Source: an uncultured Actinomycetes bacterium (GTDB taxonomy: Bacteria > Actinomycetota > Acidimicrobiia > Acidimicrobiales > Acidimicrobilacustridaceae). From it: 64,000 nt of DNA. The DNA lies in the NCBI GenBank assembly GCA_963702555.1, contig CAVPCW010000011.1, forward strand, positions 499,753-563,752, written 5' to 3'. The position numbers and the translations under genes are program-made. Positions 42,694 through 51,826 of the stretch are shown piece by piece. Under the pieces are notes generated by a model. That model saw only the letters and a program-made list of their open reading frames with translations, was not told where the DNA came from and ran no database searches. Position 1 is the first letter of the stretch, and each line of letters opens with the position of its first letter.

Positions 42694-44475
42694 GTGGAGC
42701 AGAACCCGCCGGTGCAGTCAGGCAGCATCGCCCGTCGCGGTGCGCGCCTGCTGTGGGGCTATGTCCGGGCCAACCCGGCGCCGTTCCTCGTCTCCATCAC
42801 CGGTGCGGCGATCTACGCGGGCGCCGCGGTGGCGATGACCATGGCCCTCGGCCGCATCACCAACGACGTGATCGTGCCCTCGTTCGAGACGGGCCGGGTG
42901 TCGGCGAGCACGGTGCTGGCGGCCGGCGCCACCCTGATGATCATCGGGTTCATCCGGGCCTCCACCATCGCCCTGCGGCGCTACTTCGCCGCCATGCTCA
43001 CCTACCGCACCCAGGCGGGGTGGCGCCGTCGCCTCAGCGCCACCTACCTCGAGGTGCCGCTGCGCTACCACCGGCGCACGTCCACCGGTCAGCTGCTCGC
43101 CCACGCCGACGCCGACATCCTGGCGGCCACCGAGGTCGTCAACGCCCTCCCGTTCACCATCGGCGTGCTCACGCTGGTCGTGGTCGCCGTCATCAGCCTG
43201 GCGACCGTCGACTGGATGCTGATGCTGGTCGCCCTGCTGCTGTTCCCGACGCTCGCGATCGTGAACCGGCTCTACACCAGCCGGGTCGAGAAGCCCATCG
43301 GCGAGGTGCAGCAGCGGGTGGGCGAGGTCAGCAGCGTCGCCCACGAGAGCTTCGACGGTGCCCTGGTCATCAAGACCCTCGGGCGGGCCCCCGACGAGAT
43401 CGAGCGCCTCGATGCCGCGGCCGCCCGGCTGCAGGAGGCCCGCATCGGGGTCGGCCGCATCCGGGGAACGTTCGAGCCCATGATCGACACCATCCCGAAC
43501 CTGGGCATCATCGCCCTGCTGCTGATCGGGTCGTGGCAGGTCTCGATCGGCCGCCTCGACACCGGCCAGGTCGTGCAGGCGGCCGCCCTGTTCGCGCTGC
43601 TGGCGTTCCCGATGAGGGTCGTCGGCTTCTTCCTCCAGGAGCTGCCCCGCAGCGTCGTGGCGTCGGCCCGCCTCTCGATCGTCCTCGAGAACGAGCGCGA
43701 GGCCGCGGGCGCGCCGGTCGACTCGCCCGACCTCCCGGACGGCCCGCTCTCCGTCGAGTTGCGGGGTGTGAGCTACCGCCACGGCGACGACCCGCCCGTG
43801 CTCGACCGGCTCGACCTCGACGTGCCCGCCGGTGAGGTCGTGGCCCTCGTCGGGGCCACCGGCGCCGGCAAGTCGTCGCTGTGCGAGCTGCTGCCCCGCC
43901 TCGTCGACCCCGACAGCGGGTCGGTGCACCTCGGCGGCGTCGACCTGCGCGACCTCGACCCGGAGGCGGTCCGGGCCGCGGTGGCCCTCGTCTTCCAGGA
44001 GACCTTCCTCTTCGCCGACAGCGTGCGCGAGAACGTCACCCTCGGCGAGGACATCGACGACGACGCCCTGCGGTCGGCCGCCGCCATCGCCCACGCCGCC
44101 GACTTCGTCGACCGCCTGCCCGAGGGCTGGGACACCGTCGTGGGGGAGCGCGGCGTCACCCTCTCCGGTGGTCAGCGCCAGCGCCTCGCCCTCACCCGCG
44201 CCCTCCTGCGCCGGCCCCGGGTGCTGGTGCTCGACGACGCCACCAGTGCGGTCGACCCCGTCATCGAGGCGGCGATCCTCGCCGACCTGCGCCGCTCGCT
44301 CGCCACCTCGACCCTGGTCGTGGCCCACCGCATCTCCACCATCGAGCTGGCCGACCGGGTCGCGTTCCTCGACGAGGGCCGCATCGTCGCCGAGGGCTCG
44401 CACCAGGAGCTGCTCGCCACCGTTCCCGCCTACGGCCGCCTCGTGCGGGCCTACGCCGAGGCGGCCGAGCGATGA
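42694..44475 (+). CDS. ABC exporter, fused permease/ATPase half-transporter
   Basis: GTG 42694 lies behind GAGGAG, within ORF 42532-44475. Six-TM region, Walker A GATGAGKSS, signature LSGGQRQR. Confidence 0.85.
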   Translation: MEQNPPVQSGSIARRGARLLWGYVRANPAPFLVSITGAAIYAGAAVAMTMALGRITNDVIVPSFETGRVSASTVLAAGATLMIIGFIRASTIALRRYFAAMLTYRTQAGWRRRLSATYLEVPLRYHRRTSTGQLLAHADADILAATEVVNALPFTIGVLTLVVVAVISLATVDWMLMLVALLLFPTLAIVNRLYTSRVEKPIGEVQQRVGEVSSVAHESFDGALVIKTLGRAPDEIERLDAAAARLQEARIGVGRIRGTFEPMIDTIPNLGIIALLLIGSWQVSIGRLDTGQVVQAAALFALLAFPMRVVGFFLQELPRSVVASARLSIVLENEREAAGAPVDSPDLPDGPLSVELRGVSYRHGDDPPVLDRLDLDVPAGEVVALVGATGAGKSSLCELLPRLVDPDSGSVHLGGVDLRDLDPEAVRAAVALVFQETFLFADSVRENVTLGEDIDDDALRSAAAIAHAADFVDRLPEGWDTVVGERGVTLSGGQRQRLALTRALLRRPRVLVLDDATSAVDPVIEAAILADLRRSLATSTLVVAHRISTIELADRVAFLDEGRIVAEGSHQELLATVPAYGRLVRAYAEAAER

Positions 44476-46427
44476 CCGACCGCGTGGTCGACGCCGCCCA
44501 CGACGAGCTCGTCACCCTCGAGCACGGCGCCGCCTTCGACGACCCCACCGCCATCGAGCGCGACCTCGCCCGCGAGCAGGAGCAGCACGCCCAGGACCAG
44601 GAGCAGCAGGAGCGCCGCCGGGCCCTCGCCGTGCTGCGCCGGGGCCTGGCCGACAGCCCCGAGCTGCGCCAGGGCCTACGCCTCACGGTGCTGTTCGCCG
44701 TGCTCGTGGCCGTCGGCCGGCTCACCATCCCCGTGCTCGTGCAGCAGGTCATCGACAAGGGCCTGCTCGCCGACGAGGGCTTCCGCCCCGCGTTCACGCT
44801 GCTGGCGTGCGGCGGCGCGGCTGTGATCGTCATCGGGGTGATGCTGCTCAGCCGGGTCACCTACGTCCGCCTCGTGAAGGCCGCCGAGGCCATGCTCCGC
44901 AGCCTGCGGGTGCGGGCGTTCACCCACGTCCACAAGCTGCCCATGGCCGACCACGACGCCACCCGCCGGGGTGAGCTCACCTCCCGGGTCACCAGCGACA
45001 TCGAGACCATCGCCCGGTTCGCCCAGTACGGCGGCGTCGCCTGGATCGTGAACTCGGTCGTCATCGTGGGCACCCTCGCCCTGATGGCGGTCTACGCCTG
45101 GCAGCTGGCCATCGTCACGATGGTCCTCGCCGCCCCGGTGCTGCCGTTGTTCCGGGTGATGCAGCGCCGCCAGCTGAAGGCCTACGACCAGGTGCGGTCG
45201 CGGGTCGGCGAGACCCTCTCCGAGGTGTCCGAGGCCGTGCAGGGCGCCGCCCCGATCCGCGCCTACGGCATGCAGCGGCGGGCGTCGCAGCGGCTCGACG
45301 TCGCCATCCAGCGCCAGTTCCGCGCCGAGATGGGTGCGGCCAAGTGGTTCGCGCTGATGTTCCCTCTCGGCGACCTCTTCGGCGGCATGGCACTGGCCGC
45401 CGTCACCATGGTCGGCGTGTGGTGGGGCCCGGAGTGGGGCCTCAACGCCGGCGGACTGGTGGCCTGCCTGTTCCTGGTGCAGCTCATCCTCGGCCCCATC
45501 GGCGAGCTGGGCGAGGTCCTCGACCAGACCCAGACCGCCATCGCCGGCTGGTCGAAGGTGCTCGACCTGCTCGACACCCCGATCACGCTCGTCGAGCCCG
45601 ACGACGGCCGGGCACTGCCCCTCGGCCCGCTCGCCGTGCACGCCGCGGGCGTCGGCTTCACCTACCGCACCGGTGGGCCCGTGCTGAGCGACGTCGACGT
45701 CGACATCCCGGCCGGGGCCAGCGTCGCCATCGTGGGCGAGACGGGCTCGGGCAAGACCACCTTCGCCAAGTTGCTCTCCCGCCTCGCCGACCCCAGCGAG
45801 GGCTCGGTCACCGTCGGTGGGGTGCCTCTGCCCGACGTCGACCCCCGCTCGCGCACCGAGCGCATCCGGATGGTGCCCCAGGACGGCTTCGTGTTCGATG
45901 CCAGCCTCGGCGAGAACATCGCCATGGGCCACCCCGGCGCCACCCTCGACGACGTCCGCCGCTCCATCGACGAGCTCGGCCTCGGGGAGTGGGTCGCGGG
46001 CATGCCCCGCGGGCTCGACACCGAGGTGGGTGAGCGCGGCGAGGGCCTGAGCGTCGGTGAGCGCCAGCTCGTCGCCCTCCTGCGGGCCCAGCTCGCCGAC
46101 CCCGGCCTGCTCGTGCTCGACGAGGCCACCAGCGCCGTCGACCCCCGCACCGAGCGCTCGCTCACCACCGCGCTCCACCGTCTCGCCGAGGGCCGCACCA
46201 CGGTGAGCGTGGCCCATCGCCTCTCGACCGCCGAGCAGGCCGACCTGGTGCTCGTCTTCGACGCGGGCCACCTGGTCGAGGAGGGCAGCCACGCCGAGCT
46301 GGTCGCCCTCGGCGGGCGCTACGCCGAGCTCTACCGCAGCTGGTTGGGCAACACCGGTCAGGTCGTCGACGCCGGGGCCGAGGCCGAAGACCCCACGACG
46401 CGAGCGGAGCCCGTCGACCCGCTCTAG
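44472..46427 (+). CDS. ABC exporter, fused permease/ATPase half-transporter (partner)
   Basis: ATG 44472 overlaps the preceding stop (ATGA). Walker A GETGSGKTT, signature LSVGERQ. It has a charged N-terminal extension rich in E/Q. Confidence 0.85.
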   Translation: MTDRVVDAAHDELVTLEHGAAFDDPTAIERDLAREQEQHAQDQEQQERRRALAVLRRGLADSPELRQGLRLTVLFAVLVAVGRLTIPVLVQQVIDKGLLADEGFRPAFTLLACGGAAVIVIGVMLLSRVTYVRLVKAAEAMLRSLRVRAFTHVHKLPMADHDATRRGELTSRVTSDIETIARFAQYGGVAWIVNSVVIVGTLALMAVYAWQLAIVTMVLAAPVLPLFRVMQRRQLKAYDQVRSRVGETLSEVSEAVQGAAPIRAYGMQRRASQRLDVAIQRQFRAEMGAAKWFALMFPLGDLFGGMALAAVTMVGVWWGPEWGLNAGGLVACLFLVQLILGPIGELGEVLDQTQTAIAGWSKVLDLLDTPITLVEPDDGRALPLGPLAVHAAGVGFTYRTGGPVLSDVDVDIPAGASVAIVGETGSGKTTFAKLLSRLADPSEGSVTVGGVPLPDVDPRSRTERIRMVPQDGFVFDASLGENIAMGHPGATLDDVRRSIDELGLGEWVAGMPRGLDTEVGERGEGLSVGERQLVALLRAQLADPGLLVLDEATSAVDPRTERSLTTALHRLAEGRTTVSVAHRLSTAEQADLVLVFDAGHLVEEGSHAELVALGGRYAELYRSWLGNTGQVVDAGAEAEDPTTRAEPVDPL

Positions 46428-46438
46428 GGTGCCGGGCC

Positions 46439-47332
46439 ATGGCTAGCGAGGAATACCAGGCGTTCCAGAAGATGATGGCGGAGCGGCCCGTGCCGCCGCC
46501 CCCGGCGAACCTGCAGGAGCTGCGGGACCGCATCGACAACAACATGAAGGACCTGCCCCTCGCCGAGGGCACCGAGGCCGTCGAGGTCGACGCCGACGGC
46601 GTGCCCTGCATCGAGGTGCGGGTGGCCGACGCCGGTGCCGACGCCCCGGTGCTGCTCTACTTCCACGGCGGCGGGTTCCGCATGGCGTCGGCTCTGGCCT
46701 ACCGATCGTTCGGGTCGCAGCTGGCCAAGGCCATCGGCGGGAGGGTGCTCCTGGTCGATTACCGACTGGCCCCCGAGAACCCGTTCCCGGCCGCGGCCGA
46801 CGACGCCGAGACGGCCTACCGCTGGCTGATCGCCCAGGGCACCGACCCGGGCAAGGTCGTGGTGGCGGGCGACTCCGCCGGCGGCGGGCTCACCGCCTCG
46901 CTGGCGCTGCGAACGCTGGCCCAGGGACCCGTGCCCGCCGCGCTGATCTGCAGCTCGCCGGTCACCGACCTCACCAACAGCGGCGCCACCTACGACACGA
47001 ACGCCGAGTCCGACAAGCTCTGGTCGCGCAACTCGGCCGAGGAGGTCGCCGAGCTCTACCTCGCCGGCCACGACCCCACCGACCCGCAGGCCTCGCCGCT
47101 CCTCGGCTCGTGGGAGGGCTCCCCGCCCCTGCTCGTCCAGGTCGGCTCGGTCGAGACGCTGCTCGACGACTCCGTCCGCCTGGTCGACAAGGTCAACGCC
47201 GCCGGCGGCGAGGCCGTCCTGCAGGTCTACGAGGACATGCCCCACGTGTGGCAGATGAGCTACCCGGCGTTCCCCGAGGCCGTCTCGGCGGTCGACGAGA
47301 TGGCCGCCTGGGTCGAGCGCTTCACCGCCTGA
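46439..47332 (+). CDS. Alpha/beta hydrolase (HSL-type esterase/lipase)
   Basis: 297 aa. Oxyanion motif HGGGF and nucleophile elbow GDSAGG. Confidence 0.85.
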   Translation: MASEEYQAFQKMMAERPVPPPPANLQELRDRIDNNMKDLPLAEGTEAVEVDADGVPCIEVRVADAGADAPVLLYFHGGGFRMASALAYRSFGSQLAKAIGGRVLLVDYRLAPENPFPAAADDAETAYRWLIAQGTDPGKVVVAGDSAGGGLTASLALRTLAQGPVPAALICSSPVTDLTNSGATYDTNAESDKLWSRNSAEEVAELYLAGHDPTDPQASPLLGSWEGSPPLLVQVGSVETLLDDSVRLVDKVNAAGGEAVLQVYEDMPHVWQMSYPAFPEAVSAVDEMAAWVERFTA

Positions 47333-47349
47333 TCGCCGGAGGCCATGCC

Positions 47350-47790
47350 GTGGATCTCGACACGTTGCTGGCCGAGCGGGCGATCGAGCGTCAGCTGATC
47401 CGTTTCGCCCGGGGCATGGACGAGCGCGACTGGGAGACCGTCCGCGGGCTGATGTTCGACGACGCGACCGCCGACTTCGGTGCGGGGGCGCTGGAGGGCA
47501 GCGCGGCCATCGCCGACTCGATCCGCGGGTATCTCGACGCGTGCGGGCCCACCCAGCACCTGCTCGGCAACGTGCTGGTCGAGGTCGACCTCGCCGCCGG
47601 AACGGCCACCAGTCGGGCCTACGTCAGCGACGTGCACCTCGGTCAGGGGACGAGGAGTGAGCTGACGTTCTCGACCCTCGGTGACTATCGCGACACCTGG
47701 GAGTTCGACGGCGCCACCTGGCGCATCAGGCACCGCACCAAGCTCAACCGCGGCGTGGTCGGATCGATGGACGTGTTCCTCGGCCCCTGA
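47350..47790 (+). CDS. SnoaL-like / NTF2-fold domain protein
   Basis: In-frame GTG 47350 lies 9 nt after GGAGG. The sequence LLAERAIERQLIRFARGMDERDWETV is typical of SnoaL_4 proteins. Confidence 0.65.
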   Translation: MDLDTLLAERAIERQLIRFARGMDERDWETVRGLMFDDATADFGAGALEGSAAIADSIRGYLDACGPTQHLLGNVLVEVDLAAGTATSRAYVSDVHLGQGTRSELTFSTLGDYRDTWEFDGATWRIRHRTKLNRGVVGSMDVFLGP

Positions 47791-47884
47791 GCCCGGCGAC
47801 GTCACCCGCGTCCCGAGGATGTGACAACGTGCGGGGTCGAAGGGGCGTCGGGGGTCCGGCGTCGCGAGCTCAGGGGGAAACACC

Positions 47885-49511
47885 ATGGCCGAGTCGTGGG
47901 ATCGCGTCGTCGACGTCGTCATCGTCGGAACCGGGGGAGCGGCCCTGACCGCCGCCACCCTGGCCCACGACGGTGGCGCCGAGGTGCTGATCGTCGAGAA
48001 GGAGCCCATGCTCGGCGGCACCACCGCCGTGTCGGGCGGCGGCGTGTGGCTGCCGGGCAACCACGTGATGAAGGCCGCCGGCGTGGAGGACTCCAAGGAA
48101 GAGGCCCTCGCCTACGTGCGCCGGGTGTGTGGCGGCAGCGAGCCCGACCCCGAGCTGCTCGAGGTCTACATCGACACCGCGCCCGAGGTGCTGCGCTACC
48201 TCGAGGACAACACGCCGCTGTCGACCCACATCCAGCCGCTGCCCGACTACTACTGGCCGTGGGGCTTCCCCGGCACGAAGATGCAGCCCGGTCGCACGGT
48301 CGAGGCCGACCCCTACCCGGTGGGCGACGAGCTCCCCGAGTGGAAGGACCGCATCGTCAAGCGCGGCACGCTCATGTCGTTGGGCGCGGCCACGACCCTC
48401 GCCGAGGACCTCCTGCCCCAGGGCCCGGAGCTGGAGGCCGAGCTGAAGCGCCGCGAGGAGCAGGACATCCGCCCCAAGGGTGCCGCGCTCATCGCCCGGC
48501 TGTTCAAGGGCCTGCTCGAGCGGGGCGTCGAGACGCTGCTCGAGACCCCGGCCAAGGAGATCGTGACCGACGACGCCGGCGACGTGATCGGCATCGTCGT
48601 CGAGCACGAGGGCGTCCGCACCCGCATCGGTGCCCGCAAGGGCGTGGTGCTGGCGTGCGGTGGCTTCGAGTGGAACCCGGCGCTGGTGAAGGCCCACCTC
48701 GGCTACGAGGTCTTCCCCCTCAGCCCCGGTGGCAACACCGGCGACGGGCTGATGATGGCGGTCGAGGCCAAGGCCCAGCTCGGCAACATGCCGTCCTACT
48801 GGGGCACCCCGGTGATGTTCGACCCCGAGATCACCCGCGACGGCCGGCCCGTCCCCCAGTTCGAGTGGGGCCGTGGTGCTCCTGCGTCGATGGTGGTGAA
48901 CCAGAAGGGCAACCGCTTCGCCAACGAGGCCCTGCCCTACAACGACTTCCCGAAGGCGTTCGGGGTCTACGACGCCGACGCCGTCGAGTTCCCCAACGCC
49001 GGCCCCGGCTACCAGATCTTCGACAGGACGGTCCGTGACTCCCAGCGCATCCTGTCGCTGTTCCCCGGCGAGCCCGACCCCGACTGGGTGGTCAAGGCCG
49101 ACACCATCGGCGAGCTGGCCGAGAAGATCGGGATCGATCCGGTCGCCCTCGAGGCCACCGTCGAGCGCTTCAACGCCAACGCCGTCGAGCGCCAGGATCC
49201 CGGACTTCGGGCGCACCGCCCACGGCCTCATGTCGCCCGGCGCGGTGCGGCCCCTCACGCAGGCGCCGTTCTACGCCGTCGAGATCCACCCCGGCATGCT
49301 CGGCACCAACGGGGGCCCCCGCCTCGACCGCAACGGGCAGGTGCTCCGCTTCGGTGGTGGCGTGGTCGGCGGCCTCTACGCCGCCGGCAACACCGCGGCC
49401 AACGTGTTCGGCGTGGCCTACCCGAGCGGTGGCGGGACCCTCGGCAACGGCCTGGTGTTCGGCTTCCTCGCCGGCCGCCACGCCGCCGCCCAACCCGCCC
49501 GCCCCGTCTAG
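47885..49511 (+). pseudogene. FAD-dependent oxidoreductase, 3-ketosteroid-delta1-dehydrogenase (KstD)/fumarate-reductase-flavoprotein-like, with a +1 frameshift
   Basis: The N-terminus reads DVVIVGTGGAALTAATLAHDGGAEVLIVEKEPMLGGTTAVSGGGVW. The frame is sensible to ...ERFNANAVERQDP (49201). It then continues only in the next frame (track ORF 49035-49511): DFGRTAHGLMSPGAVRPLTQAPFYAVEIHPGMLGTNGGPRLD..., ending at TAG 49509-49511. Confidence 0.75.
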
Positions 49512-49640
49512 ACCCCGTCACACCTGAAAGGTGGCTCACCTGCTTCGGCGGGCTGGATCGTGTGAGCCACCTTTCGCCTCGACCCCGAAAGCTGGCTCAC
49601 CTGCTTCGGCGGGCTGGATGGTGTGAGCCACCTTTCGGGA
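49511..49640. repeat. Tandem duplication of a ~51-nt hairpin element
   Basis: Cores at 49526-49576 and 49587-49637 differ at 2 positions. Each has 14-nt arms GAAAG(G/C)TGGCTCAC / GTGAGCCACCTTTC around a 22-nt loop. Both copies are preceded by GACCCCG. Confidence 0.85.
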
Positions 49641-49642
49641 GG

Positions 49643-50533
49643 TCAGGTCGGGGGGCGGCCGCCGGCCTGGCGGCTGATCACGGCCGCGCAGTCGCGCACC
49701 TTGCGGCCGGCCTCGGCGACGGTGGAGGCCGGCAGGCCCCAGGGGAAGCCGGTGGCGCTCACCGCCGCGATCACGCCGCCGTCGGGCCCGAACACGGGCG
49801 CGGCCACGATGCCGACGTCGAAGTGGTGGTCGTCGTCGAGCTCGACGACGGGGTAGTCCTCCCGGGCGAGGGCGGCGAACAGCTCGGCCACGTCGTCGCG
49901 CAGCTCGGTGCGACCGGGGTCGTCGGTGAGGGTGAAGGCCCGCTCGCCGAGCATGCGCTGGGCGTCGGAGCCGGCGGTGACGGCGAAGCCGCGTGACCGC
50001 ACCAGCTCGAGCGCGTCCCGGCACCGGGCCACGGCCCCGGCCGAGCCCTCCGGCGTGCGGGCCAGCCAGTCCTCGACGTCGTCGGGGTCGGCCCACGCCA
50101 TGAACACCGCGCCGAACGGGGGCACGAGCGGCACCCTCTCGCCCTCGCGCACCGCGGGCCCGTAGGGCGTGGGCTCGCCGGCGCGGGCCACGAAGATGAT
50201 CTCGTCGACGGTGCGGGCGGCGAGGACGACCTCGGTGCCGAGCTCGGCGGCGAGCGGGCCGATCAGGCGCCGGCCGGCCTCGACGCCGGGCTGGTGCTCG
50301 AGGGCCACCACGCCGGCGACCACCAGCGCGGGGCCGAGGGTGTAGGCCTTCGTGGTCGGGTGCCGGCTCACGTGGCCGCTCTGCTCGAGCACCGCCAGCA
50401 CGGCGTGGGCCGACCCGAGGCTCATCCCCGTGCGCCGCACCAGCTCGCTGAGGGTGAAGCGCTCGGTGGGGTGGGTGACCAGCAGGTCGAGCACCTGGAC
50501 GGCACGGGCGGCGGCGGGTGCGGGTCGGGCCAT
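49643..50533 (-). CDS. IclR-family transcriptional regulator
   Basis: ATG 50533 within ORF 49643-50638. N-terminal wHTH RAVQVLDLLVTHPTERFTLSELVRRTGMSLGSAHAVLAVLEQSGHV, followed by an IclR effector-domain-like C-terminus. Confidence 0.85.
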   Translation of the reverse strand: MARPAPAAARAVQVLDLLVTHPTERFTLSELVRRTGMSLGSAHAVLAVLEQSGHVSRHPTTKAYTLGPALVVAGVVALEHQPGVEAGRRLIGPLAAELGTEVVLAARTVDEIIFVARAGEPTPYGPAVREGERVPLVPPFGAVFMAWADPDDVEDWLARTPEGSAGAVARCRDALELVRSRGFAVTAGSDAQRMLGERAFTLTDDPGRTELRDDVAELFAALAREDYPVVELDDDHHFDVGIVAAPVFGPDGGVIAAVSATGFPWGLPASTVAEAGRKVRDCAAVISRQAGGRPPT

Positions 50534-50607
50534 CGGGATCTCGTTTCGAGGCTGATTGACGGGTCGACAGCGGGTGTCTACGGTCACAGCACCATAGCGA
50601 AGAGACC

Positions 50608-50621
50608 TTCGCAATTGCGAA
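50608..50621. promoter_or_regulatory. Perfect 14-bp palindrome TTCGCAATTGCGAA
   Basis: Lies in the comparatively AT-rich divergent region between the IclR gene (start 50533) and the LLM oxidoreductase (start 50652). Confidence 0.45.
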
Positions 50622-50651
50622 ACAAGAGCGAGATGCACCGGGGGAGATGAC

Positions 50652-51812
50652 GTGAAGCTCGACCTGCTCTACGAGTTCCAGCCCAAGATCGGCCCGTACG
50701 ACGAGCCGTTCCCGTACGGCCAGAAGAAGGCCGAGCAGGCCACCTACGACGAGGCCATCGAGGAGATCCGCTTCGCCGACACCCTCGGCTTCGAGACGGT
50801 CTGGTGCGTCGAGCACCACTTCCGCGACGGCCGGTCGGCCTGCCCGAGCAACGAGGTCGTCCTCGGCGCCCTCTCCACCATCACCAAGGACATCCGCCTC
50901 GGCTTCGGCGTGAGCCTCATGCCGCCCGGCTTCCAGCACCCGGCCCGCGTGGCCGAGAAGGTCGCCACCGTCGACGTGCTCTCCCACGGCCGCGTCGAGT
51001 GGGGCACCGGCCGCTCCACCCCGATGGAGCAGATCGCCTTCGGCGTGCCCGCCGACGACCGCAGCCGCGACATGTGGCGCGAGGCCGTCGAGTTCGTCGT
51101 CGCCGCCTGGACCCAGGAGACCATCTCCTGGGACACCGACCTGCTGCAGTTCCCCGAGCGCAAGCAGTGCCCCAAGCCCTTCCAGGACCCCCACCCGCCG
51201 GCCTGGCTCGCCGCCGCCAGCGCCCCCTCCGCGGTGGCCGCCGGCAAGCTCGGCTTCGGCCTGCTGTCCTTCGCCCTGCTGCAGCCGGTCGAGGTCATGG
51301 CCGACATCATCAACCAGTACCGGGCGGCCCAGCTCGAAGCCGAGATCGAGGGCATCAAGCCCCTCACGAAGGTCCGCAACGACCGGGTCGGCGCCTACAC
51401 GCTCGTGCACTGCACCGACGACATGGACGCCGCCCACGACTACCTCTGGGACTCCATCACCTGGTGGTACCGCCACCTGGCGGAGTTCACCCTCCAGTGG
51501 GAGGCGCCGAACCTCTCCCCCGAGGAGCGGGCCCAGGTGTTCCCGTTGCTGGAGGACACCATCAACGGCACCGTCGACGTCCAGAACTACATCGACCAGG
51601 ACATGATCGTCGTGGGCACCCCCGAGGAGTGCCTCGAGAAGATCATCCGCTACGACGAGGCCGGCGTCGACCAGCTGCTCTGCTACGTGCAGTTCGGCAC
51701 GGTGCCCCACGAGAAGGTCATGCGCAGCCTCGAGCTGCTCGGCACCAGGGTCATCCCCGAGCTCGAGAAGCGCGGCCACCGCGTCGACGCCCGCGCCGCG
51801 GTCGCCGGTTGA
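50652..51812 (+). CDS. Luciferase-like (LLM class) flavin/F420-dependent oxidoreductase
   Basis: 386 aa with a GTG start. The sequence FETVWCVEHHF ... is typical of LLM-class enzymes. Confidence 0.85.
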   Translation: MKLDLLYEFQPKIGPYDEPFPYGQKKAEQATYDEAIEEIRFADTLGFETVWCVEHHFRDGRSACPSNEVVLGALSTITKDIRLGFGVSLMPPGFQHPARVAEKVATVDVLSHGRVEWGTGRSTPMEQIAFGVPADDRSRDMWREAVEFVVAAWTQETISWDTDLLQFPERKQCPKPFQDPHPPAWLAAASAPSAVAAGKLGFGLLSFALLQPVEVMADIINQYRAAQLEAEIEGIKPLTKVRNDRVGAYTLVHCTDDMDAAHDYLWDSITWWYRHLAEFTLQWEAPNLSPEERAQVFPLLEDTINGTVDVQNYIDQDMIVVGTPEECLEKIIRYDEAGVDQLLCYVQFGTVPHEKVMRSLELLGTRVIPELEKRGHRVDARAAVAG

Positions 51813-51826
51813 GCGAGGATCACACC

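Noticed and set aside
49511-49642. Hairpin repeats as a CRISPR array or a MITE
   Set aside because: There are only two directly adjacent copies with no unique spacers, so it is not a CRISPR array. There are no terminal inverted repeats distinct from the stem, no visible target-site duplication and no transposase nearby. MITE status is therefore unsupported from this window alone.
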